DNA of 64,000 bases from a candidate division FCPU426 bacterium (GCA_963796105.1 CAWCKJ010000006.1:128001-192000), one strand, 5' to 3'; positions 18,024 through 30,794 are shown, counted from the first letter of the stretch. Notes: generated by a model not told the origin, from the letters alone. A program made the numbers and translations.

Positions 18024-20813
18024 ATGCTGATTCCAAAATTCAATTTACGTTTTACTGTTCCACTTATCATTGGGGCAGTACTATTTATTTTTCTGGGCCC
18101 TCCGACTCTTAGGGCCGATGTGGGAGTCACCATCCCATCCATTGGGATAAATGGAACGACTTATACAGCGACATCGGGTGGAACCATCTCCAGCTCTGTG
18201 ACCTTTTGCGCGGGCGATACAGTTCAAATCTTCATGACTCTCTGTAACGACAACCAGTATTACGCCCCTCCCGGCGACATTGTCATAGCGCTGGAGGATA
18301 CGACTCTCATCCCCGCTGCGTCTGCGAGTTTCGGCAATAATAATGTCATAAACAACGGCTCCTGGATTCTTGTCTCGGCGCCTGGTGTCTATAATCCTCC
18401 CACTACCAACTGGCCCAACGACGGCGGATACGCCACAAATCCCCTTGAGGCGGTAACGGACGGTGTAAATAACTGCAAGTCCGTTACCCTTAACCTCGTG
18501 ATGCCGACGACCGGGCTCAAATACGGTACTGCATATCGAATCCATATCGGGTACACGGACAACTACTGCGGTTGGGTGCCCAACAAGGATTATTACATCA
18601 ACCTCACCAGCTGCCTGCCACCCCATAACGCGACAGTCCGCAAATACGCCGACGGGGTGGCGAATCCTGGGGACCCGATCCTCTATTGGCTCAATTATGA
18701 CGTGACCAACTCCACGGGAGTGACCTTGATCGACCCCCTTCCGGCAGGAGTGATTTTCCTGGCGGCGGCCCCGGGAGCATCCGCTCCATCCTCTGGGACA
18801 GCCTGTCCCTGCAATGTCACCTGGAACCTCGGCAACGCAGACAATACCGCCAATCCCCCCTTTTACCTCTCCGGTAATGAATGGGTCGAGGTTCAGGTTC
18901 CTAACAGTGCGTCAAGCGGTTCCTGGGTCGTCAACCAGGCTCAGATCAGCACCAATGAGCAGGGGACTATCAACGCTTCTCCCGTGAGCCTTCAGGTGTC
19001 TTCCGGCATCAACCTCTCGCTAAACAAACAGCAACTGGACGCCCAAGGCCTTGATCCCATCCTGTCGGCCGCCAGCGGCCAGACCGTCACCTACCGCCTG
19101 CATTTCACTCTTTCCGGCCTAGGGCTCAAGTGTTTCGAGAGTTTCGACGAGTTGACGACTGGAACCACGAGCACGAACCCGGGTTTAAGCAATTGGACGG
19201 CTGTATCTGAGGACAATCTGGGAAGCGCGTGGGCCACTTGGCAAGTGGACACGGACTCATCTGGTAATAAGTACATCAAAGCCACCACTAACAATTACGG
19301 ATATCTAGAGTATGACTGCCCGAATATGCTCAATGCTCAGCAGAATTACTGCGAGGGGACAATCCTCACGGACGCCTTTATGGGTAGCACCGCGACGGAT
19401 ATAGGGATCCTCGTCCGTTGGAAAATAGGAAGCACGGGAACGGGCGCGAACGGTTACCGGGCGGTTTGGGTCATCCTTTCCAAGGACACTAATTTTGGAA
19501 CCGCTAACGGACCCGTTTGCGGGGGTAACTTCGCGCTCCAATTCAACTGGGGTCAGGGAGGCGCGGGGGCCAACCGTGACGTCGTGGCTTGTTACACCGC
19601 AGGAACAGCTCCAGACGATTTACAGTGGTACACCATCAAAATTGTGACATCCCAAAGCGGCTGCAACATGCGCTATCAAGCCAAATATTGGGTCCGGGGG
19701 ACGCCCGAACCTCCTAACTGGATGATCGACTACACGGACGGGCCAGGGAACACCCTAGGTGGGGATCCCACCTCACCCCATGACTATTGCGGATCGGATT
19801 GGGGATGCGAGGGCGCCAGTGCGCCGACCAACGTCTGGCGTCCTGGCGTGGGGAACCAGGGCGATTTGAACGCCTTCGACAATTTCCGGGTATTTTCCAA
19901 TAATTATTTGCAAAACGGGGTATTGACGGACAAGGTTCCAACGGGAATCAATTTCCAAAGTGTTTTAACCGGAACCGGGGCCAACAATGCGGGAACAGTG
20001 GAATGGGATTTTAATAACAACTTGAACGGTGCGACTGGGAATAATATTTATGACGCTTCTGGATACATGGACTGGACCGGAACGGTCAATTGCTCGGGGG
20101 GGGCTGCGGCCACCAACCAGGCCACCCTGACGGGCCAGAATCCACTTGGGTTCAGCGCAGGGAATTATCTTTCCAATCAGACGATCCTGACTTTAAACTG
20201 TTATACTTCCACTGCCACTTCTTCCCCTACGAACAGTCCCACTGTGACGCCCACCCCGACCCAGACGAATACCCCGACTCCAACCCCTACATCCACATTC
20301 TCCAACACCCCCACTAATTCGCCCACTCCAACCATGACTCCCACTCCGACCTCGAGTCCGACCCCCACTTCCACCCCGACGGATACGAATACACCCACCC
20401 AGACCCCGACACCCACATCCACTCCTACTCCGACTAACACACCTACTATTACTCCAACCCCAACCAATACATCCACTCCCACCCAAACACCGACTCCAAC
20501 TGAAACCTACACACCTATTCCCTATTTTGATGAGTTCTATGTCGGTAAGAACGTCTTTATCCCAAGCCAGGGTTCGGTTTCCATATTCGTCGCCAATTCC
20601 GCCTATCCTGGCCCCTATTCCTTGAAAATTTACAACTCGGCTGGGGAGCATATTAAAACCCTGGACGACCGCCACCTCGATTATTCTTATATTCAATCCT
20701 ACTCTTGGGACGGGACGAACAAGAACAATGACAAGTGTGCCAGCGGGATTTATATATTCAAATTGACTGAGCCCTATGGAAGCAAATTGAAGCGGATCAT
20801 CCTCATCAGATAG
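18024..20813 (+). CDS. Secreted multidomain protein: DUF11-like repeats, Thr/Pro linker, FlgD-Ig-like C-terminal domain
   Basis: Signal peptide from MLIPKF (18024); [11 protein letters not shown] and LTDKVPTGI (DUF11-like); C-terminus [27 protein letters not shown]. Confidence 0.75.
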   Translation: MLIPKFNLRFTVPLIIGAVLFIFLGPPTLRADVGVTIPSIGINGTTYTATSGGTISSSVTFCAGDTVQIFMTLCNDNQYYAPPGDIVIALEDTTLIPAASASFGNNNVINNGSWILVSAPGVYNPPTTNWPNDGGYATNPLEAVTDGVNNCKSVTLNLVMPTTGLKYGTAYRIHIGYTDNYCGWVPNKDYYINLTSCLPPHNATVRKYADGVANPGDPILYWLNYDVTNSTGVTLIDPLPAGVIFLAAAPGASAPSSGTACPCNVTWNLGNADNTANPPFYLSGNEWVEVQVPNSASSGSWVVNQAQISTNEQGTINASPVSLQVSSGINLSLNKQQLDAQGLDPILSAASGQTVTYRLHFTLSGLGLKCFESFDELTTGTTSTNPGLSNWTAVSEDNLGSAWATWQVDTDSSGNKYIKATTNNYGYLEYDCPNMLNAQQNYCEGTILTDAFMGSTATDIGILVRWKIGSTGTGANGYRAVWVILSKDTNFGTANGPVCGGNFALQFNWGQGGAGANRDVVACYTAGTAPDDLQWYTIKIVTSQSGCNMRYQAKYWVRGTPEPPNWMIDYTDGPGNTLGGDPTSPHDYCGSDWGCEGASAPTNVWRPGVGNQGDLNAFDNFRVFSNNYLQNGVLTDKVPTGINFQSVLTGTGANNAGTVEWDFNNNLNGATGNNIYDASGYMDWTGTVNCSGGAAATNQATLTGQNPLGFSAGNYLSNQTILTLNCYTSTATSSPTNSPTVTPTPTQTNTPTPTPTSTFSNTPTNSPTPTMTPTPTSSPTPTSTPTDTNTPTQTPTPTSTPTPTNTPTITPTPTNTSTPTQTPTPTETYTPIPYFDEFYVGKNVFIPSQGSVSIFVANSAYPGPYSLKIYNSAGEHIKTLDDRHLDYSYIQSYSWDGTNKNNDKCASGIYIFKLTEPYGSKLKRIILIR

Positions 20814-21482
20814 CTGGTTATCAAGCCAAAAACCCACATTGAATTATTGGAATATAAATGAATGTAACCAGGAGTAGTATCTGGTTTTTTTTTGTTAGTT
20901 TTTTTAGCTGTTTTACCATTCTTTTCGGAATGGGCTTAGCAGTCCCTGACCAGTCTATCCCAACACATAAAATCAATACCATCTTCCGACCTGATTGGCT
21001 TAATACTTCTAAAATTAAATCACAGCAATCTGAAATATTGAAAATCAACCGGGCTTACGGGCAAATCCCGTTGTATTTCGAACCCAACGAAGGACAGACC
21101 GATCCCCAAGTGAGATTTCTTTCTAGGGGGAAGGGCTACTCGCTTTTTATCACCCCCGCCGAGGCGGTGTTTTCGCTGAAACGAATTGAGGCGAAGCATT
21201 TACCACAGGAATCCGGAGACGCGGCTAAAGCTTTAAGTTTTAAAGAATTCCCTAATTCAAAACCCGCAGAAGTGTTGAGGTTACGATTTGAAGGAGGGAA
21301 TCGGAAAGCTAAGTTGGAAGGGTTGGATAAAGTGGAGGGAAGAAGCAATTACTTCACGGGAAATGACTATTCCAAATGGCGCACCAACATTTCAAATTTC
21401 GGAAAGGTGAGGATGAGGGAAGTCTATCCCGGGATTGACTTGGTGTATTACGGTGATCAAAGGAAATTCGAGTACGATTTTG

Positions 21483-22470
21483 CATGCCTATCCGAACAAC
21501 GCTTGCGCAGTAATGGGTTTTGCCAAAGCGCAAGCGGTTAAGGCCCGGTGAAATAAGGAATCTGGGTCATGGCGACGATTGAACCGATAAGTATATTCGC
21601 TCAAGTATCCAGGCAGATATTTCACGTTGACTCCATGATGGGTTCCTAGGATCCAAGCCTTGGCGTTGGAAATGAATCGGTGGACCCAAGGTAACCAGTG
21701 ATTTAACACCACTGGGTCATTGGCTGTTACCTGGTACTCCACATCCACGTTTTCCAAGTTTCTCAAGCTGGGACTGGCATCCGTGTTTATCATGGCGCCT
21801 TTCTGGATTGCTTGATCGACGAATGCTTGGGCTTCCCACTTGGTTTCTGCGGTCACCTTTATCTTTGCAAAACCCGCTTTCTCTTTTTTGCGCCCTTTCT
21901 CATCTATCCATTCTTTGCTTTCAACCGCCACCAGCACTTCAGCCTGGTTTTCCTTTTCTCTCTTGCCGAATACAGCCCCATCCAACTCAATGATTTCCTT
22001 GAGTTGGTAATTTTCATCCCTTTGTCGAAGACTTTCCCGAATCTTATGCAACATCCTCCAAACGGTATCGTAGGAGGGCATTCCCAATTGCCGCTGAAGT
22101 TCCAGGGCTGAAATGCCCCTTTTCCCTTGCATCACCAATCCAATCATCCTCAACCAGGTTAAGATTGGGATCTTGGATTTCCGGAAGATCGTTCCGGCTC
22201 GAAGCCGTATTTGCTTTCGACAATAGTCACATTCCCGCACTTCGGGGCGGTTTTTGTGTTGCCAGAAACTTTCTCCTTCACATTGTGGGCAAACAAAGTC
22301 TTTTCCGGCAAAACGGCTCTTCCACACCCATTGACGTGCCTTTTCTTCTGTATCGATTTCCTTGAAAATCTCAATCCCCTTCATCCGTTGGTAGTTCATA
22401 ATTTGCCCCTCCAACAATGAGTATACTCCTGTATTCCTTTATTTCAACAGGTACCGTTTGGAGAGGCATT
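21483..22470 (-). mobile_element. IS1595-family insertion sequence, 988 bp
   Basis: Terminal inverted repeats ATGCCT(A/C)TCC(G/A)AAC; 8-bp target duplication CGATTTTG at 21475-21482 and 22471-22478. Confidence 0.93.
21488..22417 (-). CDS. IS1595 transposase
   Basis: Zn ribbon CPQC..CDYC; motifs IELDG, INTDA, GTHHGV and YLSEYTYRFNRR. Confidence 0.93.
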   Translation of the reverse strand: MLEGQIMNYQRMKGIEIFKEIDTEEKARQWVWKSRFAGKDFVCPQCEGESFWQHKNRPEVRECDYCRKQIRLRAGTIFRKSKIPILTWLRMIGLVMQGKRGISALELQRQLGMPSYDTVWRMLHKIRESLRQRDENYQLKEIIELDGAVFGKREKENQAEVLVAVESKEWIDEKGRKKEKAGFAKIKVTAETKWEAQAFVDQAIQKGAMINTDASPSLRNLENVDVEYQVTANDPVVLNHWLPWVHRFISNAKAWILGTHHGVNVKYLPGYLSEYTYRFNRRHDPDSLFHRALTACALAKPITAQALFG

Positions 22471-24919
22471 CGATTTTGAGATGAATGCAGGGGCGGATCC
22501 AGGATTGATTTCTTTAGGATTCACGGGCGCCAAAAGCATCGAATTGGACGTCAAAGGGAACTTGGCTTTTCACATGGACAAGGGTGATTTTGTTTTCAAA
22601 GCGCCGGTGGTCTACCAAAAGAGAATGAAAAATGGAGAATGGACAATTGGAAATGAAAAGATAGAAGGGCGGTATTCAATAAAGTTGGATGGGAAAATAG
22701 GGTTTGAGATAGGGAAATATGACAAAACCCTTCCCCTGGTGATCGACCCTGTTTTGGATTATTCAACTTATTTGGGCGGAGCCGGGTACGAGTACGGCCA
22801 AAGTATCGCGGTGGATGGGGCGGGAAACGCTTATGTGACAGGGTATACCGATGGAACTTTTCCTATGGTAGGCGGAAGCTATCAAACTAATTTTGGGGGA
22901 ACCGAGGATGTTTTTGTGGTGAAACTGAATCCTTCGGGAAACACCCTGCTTTACTCGACTTATCTGGGCGGGACGGGGGACGAATGGGGCAACGGCATCG
23001 CGGTGGATGGGTCGGGGAACGCTTATATTACCGGTTCCACTTCCGGGAATTTCCCGATAACCGGCGGAGCCATCCAGACAGTTTTCGGGGGCGGTAATTC
23101 CGACGTTTTCGTGGCGGAACTGAACTCATTGGGAAACAACCTGGTCTATTCAACCTACTTGGGGGGAGGAGGAAACGACCAGGGCCAGGGTATCGCTTTG
23201 GATGGGTCAGGGAACGCCTATGTGACGGGGTTTACCACCGGTGAATTTCCTACCACCGGCGGCGCCTACCAGACGGTATTCGGGGGAAGTAATAATGCCT
23301 TCGTGGCGAAACTGAACTCCTCGGGTAGCGTCTTAACCTACTCGACTTACCTGGGTGGAAGCGGCTGGGATAATGGCCTGGGGATCGCCGTGGATGGGAC
23401 GGGAAACGCCTATGTGACCGGCTATACGGAAGGGGCCTTCCCAACGACCAGCGCGGCTTACCAAAAAAATTATGGCGGGGGCGGGGCGGATGCTTTTGTC
23501 TCGAAATTGAACCCGTCCGGCAGCGCCTTGGTTTATTCAACATTCCTGGGAGGGAATGGAAACGATTACGGCAATGCCATCGCCATCGACGGATCTGGAA
23601 ACGCCTATATCACCGGATCAACTTCCGGCAATTTCCCAGTGTCAGGTGGGGCTTACCAGACGGCCTATGGGGGTGGAGGCTCGGATGTTTTTGTGGCGAA
23701 ACTGAATGCCACTGGAAGCGCGTTAGCCTATTGCACTTACCTGGGAGGAAACGGCGACGATGTCGGCTTTGGAATTGGGGTGGATGGGGCTGGGGAGGCT
23801 TATGTGGCGGGGGAAACCGGCGGAAATTTTCCGGTGTCGGGCGGGGCTTACCAGACGCTTTACGGCGGCGGTACTTATGACGTGTTTTTAACCAAACTGA
23901 ATGCGGCTGGAAACGGGTTGGCCTATTCGTCCTACTTGGGGGGAATTGGGAACGACTCCGCTTATAGCATGGCTTTGGATGGATCAGGGAACGCCTATGT
24001 GACGGGTTACACCACCGGGAATTTTCCGACTTCCAGCGGAGCCTTTCAAACGGACTATGGTGAAAACGGGGATGCTTTTGTGGCGAAGTTTGACGCGATG
24101 ACTTTTAATACACCTACACCAACGGACACCCCGACAAGCACATCCACCAACACAGCTACAGCCACTCTTACGAACACCTTAACGCCAACAGCGACGAATA
24201 CACCAACTATAACCAACACTTTCACTTCAACAAATAGCCCCACTATTACGCCTACTCCGACAATAACGAATACTCCTACTCAAACTTACACACCCACCTC
24301 CACCGCTACGCCCACGGCTACACCCACAATCACCCCGACACCGACCATCACGGATACTCCTACAGTGACCTTTACCCCGACCGTGACCAACACACCACTG
24401 CCTTATTTCGATGTTTTTAGCGTCGACAAGAATTTTTTCCAATCAAACCAGGGTCCGGTTTCCATATATATTGGTAATTCTTCCTATCCCGGCCCCTATT
24501 CCTTGAAAATTTACAACTCGGCTGGGGAGCATATCAAAACACTGGACGACCGGTATTTGGAGAACTCGATCACCCAGTCTTACCTTTGGGACGGGACGAA
24601 TAAGAGCGATGATCCCTGCGCCAGCGGGGTTTACCTGATTAAACTTTCTGAGCCTTTTTCAACCAAGTGGAAGAAACTTATATTGATTAAGTGATAGAAT
24701 TTTTCGGGTCATTGTGTCGCATACCTAAGAAATAACAAATATTTGGAAACATTAGCTATGATGCTTGCATAAATGAGATGAAAAATAATTTATAAACGCC
24801 TGCCTTCCCTTCGGATTTAACAAACATCTGACATTTGATTCGCAATAAATGTTTTAACATGACTGTAGTCATAAAAAAATAAAGAATTTTAACGCATCAT
24901 ATGCGAACACTGGACCAGG

Positions 24920-27900
24920 ATGAGGCCCATGGAAACTAAAACCAAAAGAGAAATTCCTTACAACTATACCTCAGCGGATGACGAGCAGGTCGTCCGCATC
25001 CTTTTCGGCGCCCAAGTTTGGGAAGCCCTCGAGAAACTCCGTGCCCGCAGGAAAACCGGCCGTTCCGCCCGCCTCCTCATGCGATTCATCGGCGACATTT
25101 TCATCCTGCGCCGGAATCCCTTTCTCTACCAGGAAATGGTCGATTCGGCATCCACCCGGCGCCAATTCCTGAACGCCTACCAGGAAGACCTGGACATCCT
25201 GAACAAAAATTCCGGGGGAGACCCGGATGTGTTTTGGGTCCTGGGTCAATTCCAGGAATACCTTGACCGTCTGAGGTCCGAGTTGGTTTCCGCCCTTGGC
25301 CATCGTTCCCGCGTTCGTTGGGAATTAGGCCAAATTGTTGGAGAATCCAACGTCCTTTTCGACCCATTCTCGCTCATTAGCCACGTCACGGACGGCACCG
25401 ACTGGCGGCTATACATGCCAGTGGCGGTGGTTTTTCCATCCGAGGAAGCCCAAGTTGGGCCTCTCTTGGTCGCCATCGAGAAATTAGGCCTCAAGGCAAT
25501 CCCGCGTGGCGCGGGAACAGGCCTGACCGGGGGAGCCATTCCCGTGACAGGCGACTGCGTCATGGTGAACCTGGAAAAACTTAACAGAATCCGGGGCTTT
25601 TCCGATAAGGATTTCACCTTGGACGACGGAACGAATTTCAAAGGCAAGGTTTTGGAGGTGGAAGCGGGCGTCGTGACTGAGGACGCCATCCATTACGCCG
25701 CCAAGATCGGGTGGGTCTTCGCCACAGACCCCACAAGCGCTTGGGCTTCGACTATCGGCGGAAACCTCTCCGAGAATGCCGGTGGTAAGACCGCCGTGCT
25801 ATGGGGAACCGCCATCGATAACGTGCTTTCGTTCCGCATGGCTCTACCGGGCGGGAAAACGGTGGTGGTGAAGCGTAAGGGGCATCCACTGCGGAAGATT
25901 CTCCATTCGGACAAAGTGGTTTTCCTGGTCCGGGATGGGGAAACCAACTCCATCTTAAGGACGGTGGAACTGGGTGGGCTGGATATCCGCAAAAAGAACG
26001 TTTGGAAGGACATCACCAACAAGACCCTGGGGGGCTTGCCGGGCCTCCAGAAAGAGGGAACCGACGGGGTCATCACCTCGGCCAGGTTCGTTTTGTACCC
26101 GGCCTATGAAAATATGCATACCGCCTGCCTGGAGTTTTTTGGGGAAAATATGGAAGAGGCGGGCAAGGTGATCCTGGATCTTTCCAGGGAGTTCGAGAAC
26201 AAGGGCCGTGAAACCCTCATGGCCCTAGAGCATTTCGACGAGGAATACGTCAGGGCCATTGGTTACAAGACCAAGGCCGCCCGGAGCGACAGGCCCAAAG
26301 CGGTCCTTTTGATCGACATCGTGGCCCATAATCTCGCGGACTTGGCCTTGGGAGAGAAGCGGCTCAAGGACCTGGTGGACCGCTACCCCAATACCGACAT
26401 TTTCATGGCCCGAGATGCCCAGGAAGGCGTCAAGTTTTGGTCGGACCGGAAGCGCTTGGGAGCCATCGCGAAGCACACCAACGCCTTCAAGCTCAATGAG
26501 GACATTGTCCTGCCCCTGGAATCCCTGGCCGGATTCGCTTCCTATATTGATGATTACAACACGAAGGAAGAACGCCATAACCAAACCCGGTTTGTTGAAG
26601 AAGCTTTGAATTACCTGGAACTGGCGGGAGAAGCCGAGGACTCGGAATGGCTGGCGCCTAAGCGTCCCGCCGCGGAAAAACTTTGCCGCAAGGCGCTTGA
26701 GGAAATCAAAACCGCGGACAAGAAACCCCTGCGGGAAGGGAAGCCGGTCCAGGGCCTACTCAAGAACCTGTTGGATTTATTCCGGGGCTACGCGGAGGCC
26801 TCTAGGGACGTGGAACGCGTCTTCAAGGAAACCCGCTCTCGCTTGATCGTCATCGCCACCCACATGCACGCGGGCGACGGCAACGTACACGTGAACATCC
26901 CCACCTTCTCCAACGACCAGGAAATGCTGAGAAGGGCCTTTACGACCGCCGACACCGTTATGCGCCATGTGGTGACTTTGGGCGGGGTGGTGTCAGGTGA
27001 GCATGGCATAGGCGTTACCAAGCTTAAGCACCTGGAGAAAGACCGCATCGAGGCCCTGGCGGATTACCGAGCCCAAGTGGACCCTGGGGGATTGATGAAT
27101 CCCGGAAAGCTTTCCGACATGACTGTTCCCGACAAGGTTTTCACCCCTTCCTTCAATTTGCTGGAGTTGGAAGCCCGTATCCTTCAGAACGACTCGCTAT
27201 TCGAACTGGCAGAAAAGATTTCCAAGTGCATCCGTTGCGGTAAGTGCAAGCCCGACTGCTGCGTGTTCCATCCCGGGAAGAACATGTTCTACCATCCCCG
27301 CAACAAAAACTTGGCCATCGCCGCGGTCATCGAGGCCCTTCTTTACGACGCCCAGAGGGCCCGCTCCACCCGTTTCGAGTTCCTGAGGGAGCTGGAAGAG
27401 ATCGCCGACCACTGCACCATCTGCCACAAGTGCATGAAGCCCTGCCCAGTGGATATCGACACGGGCGAGATCTCCATCTTGGAGCGCCGGATTCTGGCGG
27501 CCAGAAAATACAAGCATACGGCCATCGCCACCCAAATGTCCCTGGGGTATTTGAAGAGCCGGTCGCGTGCCTACAACGCCCTGTTCCGGCAGGCCGTTCT
27601 AGTTTGGGGCCTCTTTTTCCAGCGCCTGGGCGCAAAGGCCCTGGCTTTTGTGCCCAATTTCAGCGATTGGAAGGCTATTTGGCCCTTTAATATGCTCCGG
27701 ACCCCCAACATGCCCCCCCCAGGGAAGGGAACGTTGCACAGGATCCTTCCTAAGCTGGAACTCCACCAGGCCCTCATTCTTTCCCCCGAGGGGGAGCCGG
27801 GCAAGACGGTTTTCTATTTCCCTGGATGCGGTTCCGAAAGGCTCTTTTCGGACATTGGAAAGGCTTCCCTCTACATGATGCTCAAGGCAGGGGTGAGGGT

Positions 27901-28552
27901 TGTCCTGCCGCCGCCATTCCTGTGTTGCGGGTTTCCCATTAACGTGAACGCTCAAGTGGGGGACAACAACCGGCGGGTGCTTGGCGACACCATCATCTTC
28001 AGCCAGATCCGCGAGATGTTGAGGCACCTCTCTTTCGATGCAATTGTGGTTTCCTGCGGGACCTGCCGCGAGGCCCTGCAGACCATGGGTATCGAGGGCA
28101 TCTTCTCGGCTCCCCTGGAGGACGTCAGCCGTTTCGCGGTCCAGGCAGGTTTGAAAACAGGCCCAGGCGGGGACTACCTTTACCATCGGCCCTGCCACGA
28201 TTCCATGAAGGAGACAGGGCTGGAATTTTTCAAGAAAAACTCCGGGATTAAAATGACTCTTGTGCCCCATTGCTGTTCGGAAGCAGGGACCCTCGCCATG
28301 AGCCGGCCCGACATCGCATTCAATATGCTGGACCGAAAGACGGAGGCCGTGAAAAAAGCCATGCAGGGGCGAAAAAATGACGGGGTCATGCTGACTAACT
28401 GCCCCAGCTGCCTGCAAGGTCTGGGAAGAAACGCTTCTATGGGCCTCAAGCCACGCCACATGGGAGTGGAGCTGGCGCGGCTCGCGGGTGGTGAAAAATG
28501 GGAGTTCGAGTTGAAGGGGCTACTTAAAAACGCCGAAGTCGTTAATTTTTAG
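24920..28552 (+). CDS. Fused FAD-binding / Fe-S oxidoreductase (GlcD-like FAD oxidase + 4Fe-4S dicluster + CCG domains)
   Basis: PRGAGTGLTGG, HAGDGNVH, SGEHGIG, CIRCGKC, CTICHKC..PCP and CCG motifs. Confidence 0.88.
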   Translation: MRPMETKTKREIPYNYTSADDEQVVRILFGAQVWEALEKLRARRKTGRSARLLMRFIGDIFILRRNPFLYQEMVDSASTRRQFLNAYQEDLDILNKNSGGDPDVFWVLGQFQEYLDRLRSELVSALGHRSRVRWELGQIVGESNVLFDPFSLISHVTDGTDWRLYMPVAVVFPSEEAQVGPLLVAIEKLGLKAIPRGAGTGLTGGAIPVTGDCVMVNLEKLNRIRGFSDKDFTLDDGTNFKGKVLEVEAGVVTEDAIHYAAKIGWVFATDPTSAWASTIGGNLSENAGGKTAVLWGTAIDNVLSFRMALPGGKTVVVKRKGHPLRKILHSDKVVFLVRDGETNSILRTVELGGLDIRKKNVWKDITNKTLGGLPGLQKEGTDGVITSARFVLYPAYENMHTACLEFFGENMEEAGKVILDLSREFENKGRETLMALEHFDEEYVRAIGYKTKAARSDRPKAVLLIDIVAHNLADLALGEKRLKDLVDRYPNTDIFMARDAQEGVKFWSDRKRLGAIAKHTNAFKLNEDIVLPLESLAGFASYIDDYNTKEERHNQTRFVEEALNYLELAGEAEDSEWLAPKRPAAEKLCRKALEEIKTADKKPLREGKPVQGLLKNLLDLFRGYAEASRDVERVFKETRSRLIVIATHMHAGDGNVHVNIPTFSNDQEMLRRAFTTADTVMRHVVTLGGVVSGEHGIGVTKLKHLEKDRIEALADYRAQVDPGGLMNPGKLSDMTVPDKVFTPSFNLLELEARILQNDSLFELAEKISKCIRCGKCKPDCCVFHPGKNMFYHPRNKNLAIAAVIEALLYDAQRARSTRFEFLRELEEIADHCTICHKCMKPCPVDIDTGEISILERRILAARKYKHTAIATQMSLGYLKSRSRAYNALFRQAVLVWGLFFQRLGAKALAFVPNFSDWKAIWPFNMLRTPNMPPPGKGTLHRILPKLELHQALILSPEGEPGKTVFYFPGCGSERLFSDIGKASLYMMLKAGVRVVLPPPFLCCGFPINVNAQVGDNNRRVLGDTIIFSQIREMLRHLSFDAIVVSCGTCREALQTMGIEGIFSAPLEDVSRFAVQAGLKTGPGGDYLYHRPCHDSMKETGLEFFKKNSGIKMTLVPHCCSEAGTLAMSRPDIAFNMLDRKTEAVKKAMQGRKNDGVMLTNCPSCLQGLGRNASMGLKPRHMGVELARLAGGEKWEFELKGLLKNAEVVNF

Positions 28553-28796
28553 AAGGAACCCCTAATTATTCACAACGGGGACACAGAACCCCAGAGTAGG
28601 TTTATTTTTTGATTTTAACAAATCCATGCATCGTACGATTTAAGTCTGCAATATAAAGCGTATATAAACTGTGTCTCTGTCCCACATCTCCATAAATCAG
28701 TAGAGGATATGTGGGACTATACCGACATCAATAATAGTTTAATAGAACGTCGGTATGTGTGGTGCGAAGCACCGCTGTGGTAAATTAGAACTTGAA

Positions 28797-29534
28797 TTAA
28801 AGTATTCCCTCATAGCATTCCAAAATCGGGGCGTGGATCGGCATGAATAAAAGGTTCCCTCCTTTTTCTTGCGCCATTTCAAGCATTTTTCGGGAGAAAG
28901 CCCGGTTCCAATCCAGGGTGGGCTTGAAATCCGTTGGAAAGACCGCTTTGACCTTGTCGTTCCAAAATTGCCATGCGTTTTCATCTAGGACAGGGGACAC
29001 CCCCCAAAACACCTCATGAGGTTTTAAGAGGTTTGAGTAGGTCTCGAACAATTCCAGGTCAAAAAAGGCCTGGGTGATAAATCCGTCGGCTCCCGCTTCC
29101 AACTTAACCCGCGCGTATTCCATCTCCTTTGGCGCCGCTTTCCGATAGGGGTCCAGCCCCACTAAAATCTTAAGACCTGAAACTTCGCGTTTTAATTTCC
29201 GGATGACTTCCAGGAGTATCTCGGATTTGTGAGACAATGGGGCGTTCTTGGGAGAGTCTCCTGTCACCAAAGCGATTTCCTTGAAACCTTTTTCAACGAT
29301 GAGGGAAGCCTCGGGCCAAGGCTTTGCCAAGTTGATTTCCAAAGCCCGGAAGCAGGGAATGACGTTCGGAAAAAGATGGGTAGCGTATAGTGAAGCGTCG
29401 AGGCTTCCCATATCAGAGTTTTGCAGGTCGGGGATTGTCAGGGTGGTGACGCGGCTCAAACGGGTGTTGACTTCCTGGATGGCCGTGGATAGGAATTCAG
29501 GGCTTCTCGGCGCGATTTCCAAGGCAATCCTCAT
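28797..29534 (-). CDS. Methylenetetrahydrofolate reductase family protein
   Basis: LVTGDSP and KLEAGADGFITQAFFD; short and divergent. Confidence 0.75.
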   Translation of the reverse strand: MRIALEIAPRSPEFLSTAIQEVNTRLSRVTTLTIPDLQNSDMGSLDASLYATHLFPNVIPCFRALEINLAKPWPEASLIVEKGFKEIALVTGDSPKNAPLSHKSEILLEVIRKLKREVSGLKILVGLDPYRKAAPKEMEYARVKLEAGADGFITQAFFDLELFETYSNLLKPHEVFWGVSPVLDENAWQFWNDKVKAVFPTDFKPTLDWNRAFSRKMLEMAQEKGGNLLFMPIHAPILECYEGIL

Positions 29535-29624
29535 TCGTGAAGACCCCCTCTCGTTTCGTTGTTTCGACTATTTTGATAATATAAACCCATTAGAACACTG
29601 GGAATTAAAAATAAAGGGAAACTT

Positions 29625-30770
29625 TTGAAACACTCGCTAATTTTAGTTTTGACCTTTTGCCTGGCATTGTTGGAGTGTTCGGCCAATGCCCAGGAATTCT
29701 ACCGGTTCCGTATCCCTGAGGGATGGACCGACCTTTCACCCGGTTCCCAGCCAGTAAGCCTAGTATTACCCAAATTACTCGAGGATATGCGCAAAACGCA
29801 GGTTTATCCCGTTCTCGCCTTGAATCCCCGAACCCTTCGCAACAAGGTGGTTGAGTACATGGATGTGGCGCTTTTTCCCATACCCCCTGATATAAGTTTC
29901 CAGGATTTTCTGGGCAAAATCGCGGATGACCTTTCGACTGCGTCAACGGGCGCGCCTGTGGGTATGAAACTGCTGGATAGCAGACCCGCCACATTGGAGG
30001 GAGAGCCGGCCTTGCGGTTGGTGCTTGGACAGCAGAACGGGAGTTATAAAACCGACAAATGCCTGAGGTATTTTCTCCCCGGGGGGAAGGATTTTTGCGT
30101 TCTGGTGACCTTTGTCGCTTCCGCTTTCAGGTTTGACCTGGAATCGCCGGATTGGGACGCTTTGGTGGAACAAACTGTCCTGGATGGTTATTTGAGAAAT
30201 CCCCAGGCTTTTCCATGGGGGAGATGCCTAGGCCTGGTTTTTTTCTTGGCCGCCTTGTTATTTCTCATCCCCTTAGTTTTCCCACGCCAGGTGGTTCCGG
30301 GAACTGACAAGCCAAAACTCATGCCCTGGAGCGCGCGGATCGCTATTTTTGGAACGGCTTGGATTCTGGCCATGCAAATTTGGCCTTTTTTAACCAGCCC
30401 GGAAGGATCACCGGGGGTCTCGACCTTAGGGGTGATCCCGGTCGCCCTTTGGGTGGTGTTATTGGCCGGAACCCTCAGGGGAAACAGGCTCGCCTGGTTT
30501 GCCAACCGCCTGTTGTGCCTGCTGACGGGTGCTTTGATAATATTTCAAATCCTCCAACCTGTTGTGAAGGGCGCGGGAAATATTTCCGAGGCTCTCCAAC
30601 TTTTGCTTGTCCATGTCATGGATCTGGCGGTTGTTTTCTTGATTTTAGGTTCTCAATCAGCCAGGCGTTTTTACGACCTGGCCTGCCTGAAATGCGGATC
30701 GACCAAAGTATGGCCTGCCGATTGGATTTTCAGGAAGATTCGCTGCGGAAAATGCGGCAACATTCAGTGA
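29625..30770 (+). CDS. Membrane protein: signal peptide, periplasmic domain, ~5 TM helices, C-terminal Zn ribbon
   Basis: Hydrophobic segments and terminal CLKCG...CGKCG. Confidence 0.6.
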   Translation: MKHSLILVLTFCLALLECSANAQEFYRFRIPEGWTDLSPGSQPVSLVLPKLLEDMRKTQVYPVLALNPRTLRNKVVEYMDVALFPIPPDISFQDFLGKIADDLSTASTGAPVGMKLLDSRPATLEGEPALRLVLGQQNGSYKTDKCLRYFLPGGKDFCVLVTFVASAFRFDLESPDWDALVEQTVLDGYLRNPQAFPWGRCLGLVFFLAALLFLIPLVFPRQVVPGTDKPKLMPWSARIAIFGTAWILAMQIWPFLTSPEGSPGVSTLGVIPVALWVVLLAGTLRGNRLAWFANRLLCLLTGALIIFQILQPVVKGAGNISEALQLLLVHVMDLAVVFLILGSQSARRFYDLACLKCGSTKVWPADWIFRKIRCGKCGNIQ

Positions 30771-30794
30771 AAAAACCGAAGTTGGGTTTTACTT

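Larger units (their letters stand above)
20858..24694 (+). pseudogene. SBBP beta-propeller repeat surface protein with Thr/Pro linker and FlgD-Ig-like C-terminal domain, interrupted by IS1595
   Basis: N part (FEPNEGQTD...YPGIDLVYYG...EYDF) rejoins EMNAGADP in frame once the IS and one target duplication are removed (946 aa); seven [11 protein letters not shown] repeats. Confidence 0.88.
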
